This document shows positions 19,828-29,501 of a DNA stretch of 64,000 nucleotides, piece after piece. This DNA comes from a virus. Taxonomy: Duplodnaviria; Caudoviricetes. The stretch lies in the IMG/VR virus record IMGVR_UViG_3300032302_000065, one strand, 5' to 3'. Below the pieces are notes generated by a model. That model worked only from the letters and a program-made list of their open reading frames with translations, did no database searches and was not told where the DNA came from. Within the stretch, counting starts at the first letter, position 1. Each line of letters begins with the position of its first letter. Both the position numbers and the translations under genes were made by a program.

Positions 19828-20523
19828 TTAATCGTTTATAATGGACACATATCCACCAGGAGGAACAGAAATTGATATTCCAGCCGTTGAATAATCAACA
19901 CCGACTGGAACTGGACCAACAACCGGTGCTAAAGAATCACTACCACCACCAGGAAGTGGTACGCCTAAAACTGTATATGACGATCCTTGGTTTCCTGGAA
20001 TTGCATTTCCAGGTACAGTTGGATTAGAATTTGTCGGATTATAGTAGGTTGGATTCGTATAGTAAAATGCTCCAACAAAAAAACCAACGGCTATTTGAGC
20101 AGTATAGCCACCACCAGTCCAATAATCAAAGTGAGCCCACTCATTACCATCGCCCCAAATATTATATCCAAAAACACCAAATGAATAATACGGACTTGGC
20201 TGAAAATAATAATATCCTATAAAACCAAATGGATATCCAGTCCATCCTGTGAATATTTGATACACATACTGAAAATAAAAAAATGATGTCACAAAATATG
20301 CAGGAACAGTCTCTTGATTTCCACCGGATGAATAATTTCCTGGTACAGTATTTCCTGGTACAGTTGGATTGTATGTTGTGGGGTTACCCGATGATGATCT
20401 ACCTTGCAATCGAAATGATGTCTTTCCGTAAGGAGGATAATACGTTCCAGGAGCATTGAATGTAACCGTTTCTTTAACGATTGCTCTTGTTTTTTCTCTT
20501 CTTAGTAATCCAGAAACTTTCAT
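19828..20523 (-). CDS. 231-aa adhesin-like protein, copy B
   Basis: Gap-free paralog of the flanking genes. Confidence 0.7.
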   Translation of the reverse strand: MKVSGLLRREKTRAIVKETVTFNAPGTYYPPYGKTSFRLQGRSSSGNPTTYNPTVPGNTVPGNYSSGGNQETVPAYFVTSFFYFQYVYQIFTGWTGYPFGFIGYYYFQPSPYYSFGVFGYNIWGDGNEWAHFDYWTGGGYTAQIAVGFFVGAFYYTNPTYYNPTNSNPTVPGNAIPGNQGSSYTVLGVPLPGGGSDSLAPVVGPVPVGVDYSTAGISISVPPGGYVSIIND

Positions 20524-20532
20524 AGCTTCTCT

Positions 20533-21228
20533 TTAATCGTTTATGATAGATACATATCCGCCTGGAGGAACAGAAATTGATATACCAGAATTTACGTAGT
20601 CAACTGAAATTGGAGTTGGTCCAATAACAGGTGCTGATGAATCACTACCACCACCAGGAAGCGGCACACCTAAAACTGAATATGATGCACCTTGATTTCC
20701 TGGAATTGTATTTCCCGGACTTGTTGGATTAGTATATGCAGGATTATAGTAGGTTGGATTTGTATAGTAGTATGCGGGCTGAAAATAACCAGCGGCTACT
20801 TGAGCAGTATAGCCACCACCAGTCCAATAAACATAATAAGACCACTCATTACCATCGCCCCAAATATTATATCCAAAAACACCATATCCATTATCGGAAA
20901 ATGCTGAAAAATAATAATAAGCAATAAACCCAAATGGAAATCCATTCCATTGCATGTATATTTGATACACATACTGAAAATAAAAAAATGATGTCACGAA
21001 AGATGCTGGTACATATCCTTGATTTCCGCCTGATGCATAAGTTCCTGCAACAAAATTTCCTGGTATAGTTGGATTGTATGTTGTCGAATTGCCTGGTGTT
21101 GATCTTCCTTGCAATCTAAAACTAGTTTTTCCATAAGGAGGATAGTAAGTCCCAGGCGCATTAAACGTAACTGTCTCCTTGACAATTGCGTTTGTTCGCT
21201 CTCTTCTTAGTAATCCAGAAACTTTCAT
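20533..21228 (-). CDS. 231-aa adhesin-like protein, copy A (first transcribed)
   Basis: Gap-free paralog; starts 16 nt after the tail fibre stop. Confidence 0.7.
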   Translation of the reverse strand: MKVSGLLRRERTNAIVKETVTFNAPGTYYPPYGKTSFRLQGRSTPGNSTTYNPTIPGNFVAGTYASGGNQGYVPASFVTSFFYFQYVYQIYMQWNGFPFGFIAYYYFSAFSDNGYGVFGYNIWGDGNEWSYYVYWTGGGYTAQVAAGYFQPAYYYTNPTYYNPAYTNPTSPGNTIPGNQGASYSVLGVPLPGGGSDSSAPVIGPTPISVDYVNSGISISVPPGGYVSIIND

Positions 21229-21244
21229 AATTTATATTGTATCA

Positions 21245-23104
21245 TTAATAGTTCGTGATTGCAAGTGATCCAACGTATGTAGTACCACCATCTCTTGTGA
21301 AGAACGTATATGCATCTTGTTTTCCTGATGTTGTTGTTCTTGTTGGTGTTTGACCACCAGACCACGTTACTGTACCTGGCCATGAAATTGCATATCCACC
21401 AGCAGAGTTAACTGTAATGATGGTGAATGATGTAATATCAGTTCCCGATGGAGGATTGATAAATGAGAATGTCGCTGTCGCATTCATTGTTACTACAAAT
21501 GAGTTACCTAATGACAAATCGATGTTAGTTGCACCACTAGCAGAAACTGCTGTAACAGAGTCACGTTGAATTTTTGCTTTGATATTACCAATCCAATATC
21601 CAGCGGAATCAACGGAAGCAACAACTGTTCCTGCATGATTGATTGTCAATGGTGTTACTGTAGTAGGACCAGCTACTGTCTTGATGTAAACGCCATAAGA
21701 TGTTGCACCATATGCTGAAGTATTTTCAAATAAACCAGCCGCAGTATTATTAGTATTCGTTGAACCTGTAGAAATTACTTTTCCGTAAACACCAATTGGC
21801 ATACCTGAGCCAGAAAGTAATCTTCCAGTATATGATGGTAATGCACCAGCTACACTAGATGCGCCTGTAGCTTCACCATAAACACCAATCGAACCAGCAC
21901 CATTTGTATTTGCGGTTGCGCTACCATATAGACCAAACGAATTCAAACCACCAGAAGAAGCGGCTATAGAATATACACCATACACGGAGTTTGAACTTGC
22001 GAATGACTGTCCTGCATCAATGTACGCACCATATGTTGGGAATGTATTTCCTCCAGCACTATTAGGAGTTTGTATGCGTAGACCAGATGATGTATTTGCA
22101 GAATCATCTACCATAAAAATTTGTAATTTTGATTTTAATGTATCTGAATTAATACCAAGCAATAAATTACCCGTATTTGCGAGTCTATATCTCTCTTGAT
22201 AATTTTCTGAGCCCAAGGCGCCAGTATATGTGCTGAAAGCAATACCACCATTTGCAATCGCTTGTACCGAACCACCACCAGATACGTGTGAGTATTGAAC
22301 ACCGCCTCCACTAGTCGCATCATAAACAGAAACTCGTTTACCATTAGAAGTTGGGACAATAGATGTTCCAACAGAAATAGTATTATTTGTTACAAGTGTG
22401 TTTGCAGTTTGTGTTCCTGTCGTATATCCTGTTACGAAAACAGAATTTCCGTAGTACGTATTTGCTTTAAAATCGGAATACTGAAACGATGCGTTTGCAA
22501 TATCAATTGGAGTTGTTGGATATGGAGTATAGCCTTTAAATACTACCCAACGATCTTCAGAAACGTCTCTAAAAATACCTGTGTGTTTGGATCCACCATC
22601 ATTGTAGTTTCCAGCAATACCTATATCTGGATTTGAAATAAAATTGTTTGCATTCAAATACAAAATACTGTCTGCAACTTCAAACGTTGTTGTGTTGAAA
22701 GAAATAGTGTTGCCTGTAACAACAAGGTCGCCAATAATGTTTGCATTACCCAAAACTTTTATATCGCCACCGACATAAAGGCTTTTACCTACAGATGCAC
22801 CACCGTATGTTCTTAAACTTCCTGTATTTGCTGTATCCGCATTTTCGCCTGTCGTTACTATCATTCTCTGATAAGTTATATTTGCCGTTGAATCAGAAAT
22901 AAAAGATACTGTATTTGGAGACACAAGCGTATTGATACCATTTAAACCTTGAAACCTTAAAGTTTCTGTAGTAAGAGAAACGGAATCCGTTCCAGTATCA
23001 CCAGAAAGATTCAGACCAGAATTAACTGTGTCTGTAATTTGATTAACGGTTGTTCTGAACTCGTTAAACGTATTAGATAAATTTACTTGATTAATTTGTG
23101 GCAT
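21245..23104 (-). CDS. Tail fibre protein
   Basis: N-terminal VNLSNTFNEFRTTVN attachment-like motif, repeated GVYG beta strands, C-terminal IDLSLGN...WPGTVTWSGG...DGGTTYVG fibre-tip domain. Confidence 0.8.
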   Translation of the reverse strand: MPQINQVNLSNTFNEFRTTVNQITDTVNSGLNLSGDTGTDSVSLTTETLRFQGLNGINTLVSPNTVSFISDSTANITYQRMIVTTGENADTANTGSLRTYGGASVGKSLYVGGDIKVLGNANIIGDLVVTGNTISFNTTTFEVADSILYLNANNFISNPDIGIAGNYNDGGSKHTGIFRDVSEDRWVVFKGYTPYPTTPIDIANASFQYSDFKANTYYGNSVFVTGYTTGTQTANTLVTNNTISVGTSIVPTSNGKRVSVYDATSGGGVQYSHVSGGGSVQAIANGGIAFSTYTGALGSENYQERYRLANTGNLLLGINSDTLKSKLQIFMVDDSANTSSGLRIQTPNSAGGNTFPTYGAYIDAGQSFASSNSVYGVYSIAASSGGLNSFGLYGSATANTNGAGSIGVYGEATGASSVAGALPSYTGRLLSGSGMPIGVYGKVISTGSTNTNNTAAGLFENTSAYGATSYGVYIKTVAGPTTVTPLTINHAGTVVASVDSAGYWIGNIKAKIQRDSVTAVSASGATNIDLSLGNSFVVTMNATATFSFINPPSGTDITSFTIITVNSAGGYAISWPGTVTWSGGQTPTRTTTSGKQDAYTFFTRDGGTTYVGSLAITNY

Positions 23105-23106
23105 TT

Positions 23107-23358
23107 TTATTTACTCTCATTCGTAATTTGTAACAACATGCGCTTAATATCGCTTAATTCTGTTTTCATAAGATGAACCTCGTTTCGGATTAGACTCAAC
23201 TCTTCTGCACCTCTATTTATCTCTGTAAATTTTCTCTTTTGAATTTTGTACTTCAAAAATGAATCTACATCAGTATTTAATATAGCTTTAGAATGTAAAT
23301 CTCGTTCTGTAAATCCCTGAATTGGGTCGATGATAGGAACTTTATTTTTTGATATCAT
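23107..23358 (-). CDS. Small conserved hypothetical protein with C-terminal coiled coil
   Basis: RDLHSKAILNTD motif then heptad pattern; overlaps the stop of the upstream gene. Confidence 0.7.
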   Translation of the reverse strand: MISKNKVPIIDPIQGFTERDLHSKAILNTDVDSFLKYKIQKRKFTEINRGAEELSLIRNEVHLMKTELSDIKRMLLQITNESK

Positions 23359-26300
23359 GCCAATGCAATTCCTCTTAAGTTTTTAATTTTTGTTGCATAA
23401 TTCGGATTGCTTGAAAGGAATACTACTTTTATCGCAAAATACTTATATCCTTGGAATGTTCTTCCATCAGGGGTCGTGTATGCAATTGAGTTATTTAGCA
23501 CTTTGAATATATCCTGTCCAGTTGCTACTGTTGAGAATGCACTATCTACGGTCAAGGAAATATTATTTGAAATTGTAGTGATAACTCTATTTGTTCTATT
23601 AGCACCAACAGCAATAGTATCACCAATCTTCAAGTCTTCTATGAATCTAGTTGATGTTCCAGACACGGTTGTGGAAACATTAGATATTGCAACATTACCA
23701 GTCAACATAGTTGAACCGCCAGTTTTGATGCTCATAGGAACAACATATTTTTCTTCTCTGAAGTCTGTTTGATCCAATGTAAATGTTTCTGTGCCAGATA
23801 ATTCTAATGGTGTATAGAATTTATCGTCAAAGCTATCTGAATCATTCTCATTCAATACTTTCACATAAACTTTAATTGATGTTCCTGGTGGTCTGTTTAC
23901 GTCTAAGTAAACTACCACATCGGACGCTTCAAAGCCATCATTTAATGTAACAACTTTTGTGATGTATCTAGATTGTGATGAATATGGTCCAGTTGGATGC
24001 TCTTCATTTCTAATTGACATGGTTTGACTCACAGCATTAGATGTTGTGAATGCGCTAGTAACAGTTAGATATGTAGCATTTGTAACGCTTGCAATTCTTC
24101 TGTATTCAGTACCAAAGTCTGCATACTCACCAGCATATACCGTGTTAGAGAAATTAGTACCAACACCAACAACCGCTGTGTCTGTTGTGTATTTTATTGT
24201 ACCGGTAATTGGAGTGTAATATTCATTGTTAATAATGTTCTTTGAGAAATTGAACAAAATATTCTCATTGTCGATATACGGACTAATATACTTATCGTTA
24301 GTTGACAACGTTGCTCTTAACTGTAAAGATTTAAATGAATTTGCATTTTCAGCAGTATTTGCGGAAATTTGTTTTCTGGAACGATTTATCAACTTTTCAT
24401 AATTTTTAATGGTTGTGTATGAGCCATCAACAGAGTATGCACTATCAACAGTTTTGATATCGTATGTGATATTAGTTCCTGGTAGAACTTGGTCTCCGAT
24501 AATCGGAGTCAATACGTCATACTGGAATGCAGTTGAGATTGGAATATTTGTCCAATATGCAACTTTACTTGATGTTGTGAATTCAGCAACTCTCATTGTG
24601 AATTTAACATCTAAGTTTTGTCTAGCAGTATGTGTTCTGTCGTTTGATGATGAGAATAATACTCCACTATTATATGCGGATTCAATTCTTGTATTTTTAT
24701 CTGGATTAGTAACGTCAATTGCACCTAGTTCTGCAACCCAAACTGCATAGTCTGCATCATTATTTTCGGGACGCATAGTGAATGCATAGTCATTACCAGA
24801 AGCAAGGAAGATAGGATTTTTAAATGTGAATTTTGTTGCCGCTGATGCATCTTCACTAATGTTAATGTTCCTATTATTTACAACAGCTTCATCTCCTATA
24901 CCAACAAATTTTGGAGATGGATATCCATTGTCAACTTCTCTAATTTCAACTCTAACATTTCTGTTATCATCTTTAGATTTAGTTCTGAAATACAAGTCTA
25001 CTGATGTTGCATAGAATCCTTTTGGATATGTCTGTGGATCAACATAGAAACTTTGTGATAATGGATCGACACCAGGCCATCTATTGACTGGAGGAGGAAC
25101 AACAGAACGTCCAATTTCAACACGTTCTTGATTAATTGTTCTTCTACCCAATAAAGTAATGTTATCTTGTCCATTGAACGTGACGTTATATGGGCGAGAA
25201 TTAATTGTAACAGAACCTGTAGACTGCTGAATACCCTGTGCAAAAATTGTACTTGATGCGGCAGTTAATGTTGTTCCAGACGAATTTGTTGGACTATCCG
25301 TAACTAAAAATTCTCTCTGTCCAACATAGAATGTTCTGTATGGAACTTCAAATATTAAATAAATTTCATTATTTTTGACTGTCAATGGTTGACTTGCGCC
25401 ATCAGCAATTGCAATCCAACTTGTATTCTCTTCAGTTAGGTATCCGGTGTTATCATATTTTGAATTCAATTGTTGGAATGTAGTATTGCCTAACAATTGA
25501 ATTTGATAGCAATTTGATGTTACATTTACGCCATCAAAGAATGCGTAAAGTCTTGCGTTATTTTTCAAACCTGTTGCGTGAATTGCAAATTCTCTTCTAC
25601 GCATCCACAATGCAGTCTCAACTTTAACAACTCTATCGAATGCAACATCTTGTTTAGATGATGTTGCAGATGAACCAGATGCTAATTGATTGTATGCAAT
25701 TTGTGTTGTATTTTGAATTGCTGTCGTAACATTAAAGTTTCCAACTTGTGCAGTTTGTGCAGTAGAACGGTCGATAGTTGTCTGTAAGCTATTACCAATC
25801 CAATGAACATTTAAAGGCGCAACTTCAGAATTCCAAGCATTGACTAATGCTTTCCAATTGTCTGCATCACCAGTGTCATTGTAAACAATCGCTTTACTTG
25901 TGTCGTTTGTAGTTTCAAAGAAATTATCTACGAATGGAACGGCAGTCAATTCGCCTTTCCAAACGAAGTTTAATTCTTCAGCTAAACGAAGTTGTGCCGA
26001 TGCATATGGCTGTTTTAGTCCTGGTGCTTCTACTTCCGTATATGGAAGCATAATTTTATTGCCAGTAGTGTGTGCAGTTTCTGATAGAGTTTCATTGTAT
26101 CTCATACCAGCAGTATTTGCATTATCTTGCAATGCAGTAGCAAATCTGTTTGTTCTATCAATAGCCGATGCCCAATCACTACTTACCGGATTGCTGACTG
26201 CAAATCCAGAGAAAGGATCAACAAGAATACCATTCTTGAATCTATCAAATCCATTGTCATCCAATTGCGTAGTGTCTGTTGCTTGTTTCTCTAAGAAGTT

Positions 26301-29300
26301 TAATGCAGTAAAGTATTCTAACTTTTCAACTCTGTCATTAAGTTTAGCAACGTCACGCATAGTGAAACGTTTATTCTTCAACAATTTGATTTTAACGTCA
26401 GTTGGATTTGAAGGATATGGAGGAATTGTCAACTCGGCTAACTCCAACGTATCTGGTTTTGTTGGAGGCGATTCTGCTTTTTGATTGCCTGCACTAGGTG
26501 GAACACCATCATTGATACCAAACACACCACGGTTGTTGATATAAACTTTAGAAATTCTACCTTTATAGTAAATTAAATCTGCATCAAAATCTGAACCAGA
26601 TTGTGGAATACGAAGTCCATATGTAGGAACTTGATATGTACCATCATCGATTGCATTCAATGATGTATTAGCAGTTTTGATTGGTCTAAAGTCAATGCAA
26701 TCACGCAAGTTATATGTAGTCTTTGTCGTAGGACTTGTAAAGACTGGAATTTGTGATGTTGTGATTGTGGTATTCGATGTTGTCGAATCATTAACTGGAT
26801 ATGAATCTACTGATAGATATCCAACACCTTGTGATGTATCATGTGTAAAATTATCAAAGACTGCTAACAATCTTCCAGTAGGAGTAAATCCAGTAACTGG
26901 TCTAATACTTCCATGCTCATATGCATAATCACGTTGTCCGTTGTCTAATGTAAAATATGAAGTAACATTCGTATTAGATGTCGATGCGGGACTTGCAAAT
27001 GATGAAGACTGATAAACTGCTCTTAGTTGATAGATATCACCATATCCAAGTCCAAATGGACCTGCTAATCCAGATATGTGAGTATTAGGATTTATATTTG
27101 CCTGAGTTGCATAGTTAAGAGTTTTAATCTTCTCTTTTGCACTAGCACGATCCATCGAAACAACAATGTCTGCGGTGAATGTTGCATTTTCTTGCAAATC
27201 AATTGATGCAGTACCAGGAGAGGAAACAGTAACAGTACGTGTGCTTCCTTTACCACCATTTGTGCCTAATGCTAATATAGTTCCTGCTGGAAGAACTTTT
27301 GTAAATGTATTAGCTGTTGCACCAGTTGCGTGTGTACTAGTAAGAACTAATGATGTTGCATTAGTGATGGATGCAATTTGTTTTGTTAAACTATTAACCT
27401 TGATAAAATCACCAACACTAACTTGTGTTGTGAAAGACGTTGCACTACCTGTTACAGTATTAGATCCCGCACCAATAGTAAGAGTACCAGTCAATGCAGA
27501 AGTTTCTACGTTAGCACCAGCATTGTTAACTACAACCATGTAGTAGTCGTTTTTCTGTGTAGAGTTTAATGTTCCTGTACCAACAAAAGTTTCTGTTACT
27601 ACGTCTGTTGCGATAGTTGATACACCAGATGTAAATGAAACAGTAAATTTCTTTTTAAATCTAAATGCAGTTTCAACGTTACCAACATCAGAACGAACAG
27701 TTTTAATTGCCTGATATGGCAATTTAAATATCATTGAGTTGAATCCAGTTTCTTGTAAAACTGCACCATATGGAGTTACGTCTGCAATATCAGCAAAACG
27801 TTTTGGTGTTCCGAGATCATATACCGAACGAACGTCTTTAAAATTCTTTCCAGAATTCATTGTGATTTCGTACAAGTACAAATAATATCTTGCGTCAGGT
27901 TGACCTTTTGATCCGCTTAAATATTCTACAGAACGTACTCTAGCAGTACCAATTTTATTTCCCGATACTGTTGCGGTAGAATGTGTTCCATTTGTAACAA
28001 CTTGCTGTGCCGCATCATACAAGTCAACTTGAGTTGCTTCCATAATGTCCCAAGCACCAACTAATTCATTGACAAGAATATATTGTCCGTAGTTAACTTG
28101 AGTTTTAGTTTGGTCGACATAACTTGTCGCTAAACCTTTTTGAACGTCAATTGGCGTTCTTGCGATAATTTCATTTCTGTATCCTGAAGTGTATGATGTG
28201 AAAGGATCAACTTCAACCAATAAGATATTATTGTTTCCGCCTTCAGCAGAAGTGTATCTACCACCATTGCTACCATTTAATAGATGCTCACGAACAGTAA
28301 CAACAGGATCGGAAATTGTATAGTTTCCAGATTCTTCATTTGTTCTTTTTGCCATCACATCTTCAAGATTACTATCTACAGTAGTAATTTTACGTTTTCT
28401 TGTGATACCATCTTCAATTTCTGTTACTGTAATGAATTCATTTTCATCTGTAGTTGCACCGAGTGTAACTTTTGTCAATATAGAATCAATTTTAAATCTA
28501 TCTGCACCTGGTGCTTGATAGTTTGGTGTTCCTTGTGCATTGTCAACTAATGAGTTATCTGCAATGTAATCTACAAAAGATTTTGTGGGAACTAAACCAA
28601 TCTTATATGATGGTACATTAGAATATTTGTCTAAAAGAATTGTTTGGTTCGTGTGTTTAACGAAATGGTCTGCCATCCAAATGATACCATTAGCAACAGT
28701 TATTTTAGAGCCGTAGTCATAAATTTTCTGTGTTGCTAAACCTTCATCTACAACATTACGTGTCGCATTTGTTGCGGCCGCAATTGCATATGCTCTAGTT
28801 GATGTATTTGCAGTAAAAATTGTTTCTGAATTTGCAAACGCAGTATTGGACGTGTAGCTTGTAATATTTGTAACATTAACAACAAGAGTCGAACTAGTAC
28901 TTGTTACTGTATTTGCAGTTGTTGTAGTCAATGTTCCCGATACGTTAGATACAAATATTTTATTCGTACCTGTAATCGGATCAATATAAGCCGCTTCAAT
29001 TGTTGCGGTATTTCCAGTAGAAAATATAATTTTATTTCCTGGAACTAAAGTTGTGGGAGCATTATTTACAGTAAGAACTTGAGTTCCGTTTGTTGCATAA
29101 TTGATAAAAAGCGTTTTTGGATCAGTACCGTCTAAGTCAGTTACTATTCCGCAATATGCTTTAATACCGCTATTTGCGCCGTAAACAATGCTACCGTTAA
29201 ATGCGGCAACATTTGCTTCACTACCATTATATGTATTTTGTAATTTTACGAAATTTAGATTCAAGTCTAAATTTTGTTCACAACCTTCAACAATAGCGCC

Positions 29301-29483
29301 TTGCTTGAAAAAGAATTCTGCAAAACGCTTCGTCTGAGTTTGTTGAAGAGTTTGTGCTTGCGTTAATTCTCTAGCCTGAACAGCACGTCCAGGTCTGTAG
29401 AGAACTCGTACAAACTTTTTATCTTCATCAAAATCGTCATAATAAGGACTTGTATTAAAGTCTACACCACCTGGATTAGCCAT
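23355..29483 (-). CDS. Large baseplate/virion structural protein (DUF4815 / VrlC-like)
   Basis: 2042 aa; PYYDDFD..RPGRAVQARELTQ, APGADRFKI, RTNEESG, RFKNGILVDPF, DPLSQSF motifs. Confidence 0.85.
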   Translation of the reverse strand: MANPGGVDFNTSPYYDDFDEDKKFVRVLYRPGRAVQARELTQAQTLQQTQTKRFAEFFFKQGAIVEGCEQNLDLNLNFVKLQNTYNGSEANVAAFNGSIVYGANSGIKAYCGIVTDLDGTDPKTLFINYATNGTQVLTVNNAPTTLVPGNKIIFSTGNTATIEAAYIDPITGTNKIFVSNVSGTLTTTTANTVTSTSSTLVVNVTNITSYTSNTAFANSETIFTANTSTRAYAIAAATNATRNVVDEGLATQKIYDYGSKITVANGIIWMADHFVKHTNQTILLDKYSNVPSYKIGLVPTKSFVDYIADNSLVDNAQGTPNYQAPGADRFKIDSILTKVTLGATTDENEFITVTEIEDGITRKRKITTVDSNLEDVMAKRTNEESGNYTISDPVVTVREHLLNGSNGGRYTSAEGGNNNILLVEVDPFTSYTSGYRNEIIARTPIDVQKGLATSYVDQTKTQVNYGQYILVNELVGAWDIMEATQVDLYDAAQQVVTNGTHSTATVSGNKIGTARVRSVEYLSGSKGQPDARYYLYLYEITMNSGKNFKDVRSVYDLGTPKRFADIADVTPYGAVLQETGFNSMIFKLPYQAIKTVRSDVGNVETAFRFKKKFTVSFTSGVSTIATDVVTETFVGTGTLNSTQKNDYYMVVVNNAGANVETSALTGTLTIGAGSNTVTGSATSFTTQVSVGDFIKVNSLTKQIASITNATSLVLTSTHATGATANTFTKVLPAGTILALGTNGGKGSTRTVTVSSPGTASIDLQENATFTADIVVSMDRASAKEKIKTLNYATQANINPNTHISGLAGPFGLGYGDIYQLRAVYQSSSFASPASTSNTNVTSYFTLDNGQRDYAYEHGSIRPVTGFTPTGRLLAVFDNFTHDTSQGVGYLSVDSYPVNDSTTSNTTITTSQIPVFTSPTTKTTYNLRDCIDFRPIKTANTSLNAIDDGTYQVPTYGLRIPQSGSDFDADLIYYKGRISKVYINNRGVFGINDGVPPSAGNQKAESPPTKPDTLELAELTIPPYPSNPTDVKIKLLKNKRFTMRDVAKLNDRVEKLEYFTALNFLEKQATDTTQLDDNGFDRFKNGILVDPFSGFAVSNPVSSDWASAIDRTNRFATALQDNANTAGMRYNETLSETAHTTGNKIMLPYTEVEAPGLKQPYASAQLRLAEELNFVWKGELTAVPFVDNFFETTNDTSKAIVYNDTGDADNWKALVNAWNSEVAPLNVHWIGNSLQTTIDRSTAQTAQVGNFNVTTAIQNTTQIAYNQLASGSSATSSKQDVAFDRVVKVETALWMRRREFAIHATGLKNNARLYAFFDGVNVTSNCYQIQLLGNTTFQQLNSKYDNTGYLTEENTSWIAIADGASQPLTVKNNEIYLIFEVPYRTFYVGQREFLVTDSPTNSSGTTLTAASSTIFAQGIQQSTGSVTINSRPYNVTFNGQDNITLLGRRTINQERVEIGRSVVPPPVNRWPGVDPLSQSFYVDPQTYPKGFYATSVDLYFRTKSKDDNRNVRVEIREVDNGYPSPKFVGIGDEAVVNNRNINISEDASAATKFTFKNPIFLASGNDYAFTMRPENNDADYAVWVAELGAIDVTNPDKNTRIESAYNSGVLFSSSNDRTHTARQNLDVKFTMRVAEFTTSSKVAYWTNIPISTAFQYDVLTPIIGDQVLPGTNITYDIKTVDSAYSVDGSYTTIKNYEKLINRSRKQISANTAENANSFKSLQLRATLSTNDKYISPYIDNENILFNFSKNIINNEYYTPITGTIKYTTDTAVVGVGTNFSNTVYAGEYADFGTEYRRIASVTNATYLTVTSAFTTSNAVSQTMSIRNEEHPTGPYSSQSRYITKVVTLNDGFEASDVVVYLDVNRPPGTSIKVYVKVLNENDSDSFDDKFYTPLELSGTETFTLDQTDFREEKYVVPMSIKTGGSTMLTGNVAISNVSTTVSGTSTRFIEDLKIGDTIAVGANRTNRVITTISNNISLTVDSAFSTVATGQDIFKVLNNSIAYTTPDGRTFQGYKYFAIKVVFLSSNPNYATKIKNLRGIALA

Positions 29484-29501
29484 TTATATTTCTTCGTTTG
29501 T

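Larger units (their letters stand above)
18420..21228. repeat. Four-unit tandem gene array, period ~704 nt
   Basis: Four 696-nt ORFs separated by 8-9 nt spacers, with long identical nucleotide patches. Confidence 0.95.

Noticed and set aside
18420-21228. Diversity-generating retroelement acting on the four paralogs
   Set aside because: No reverse transcriptase or non-coding template repeat in the window; differences include many synonymous and non-adenine changes and all copies are intact genes. An RT elsewhere in the genome cannot be excluded.
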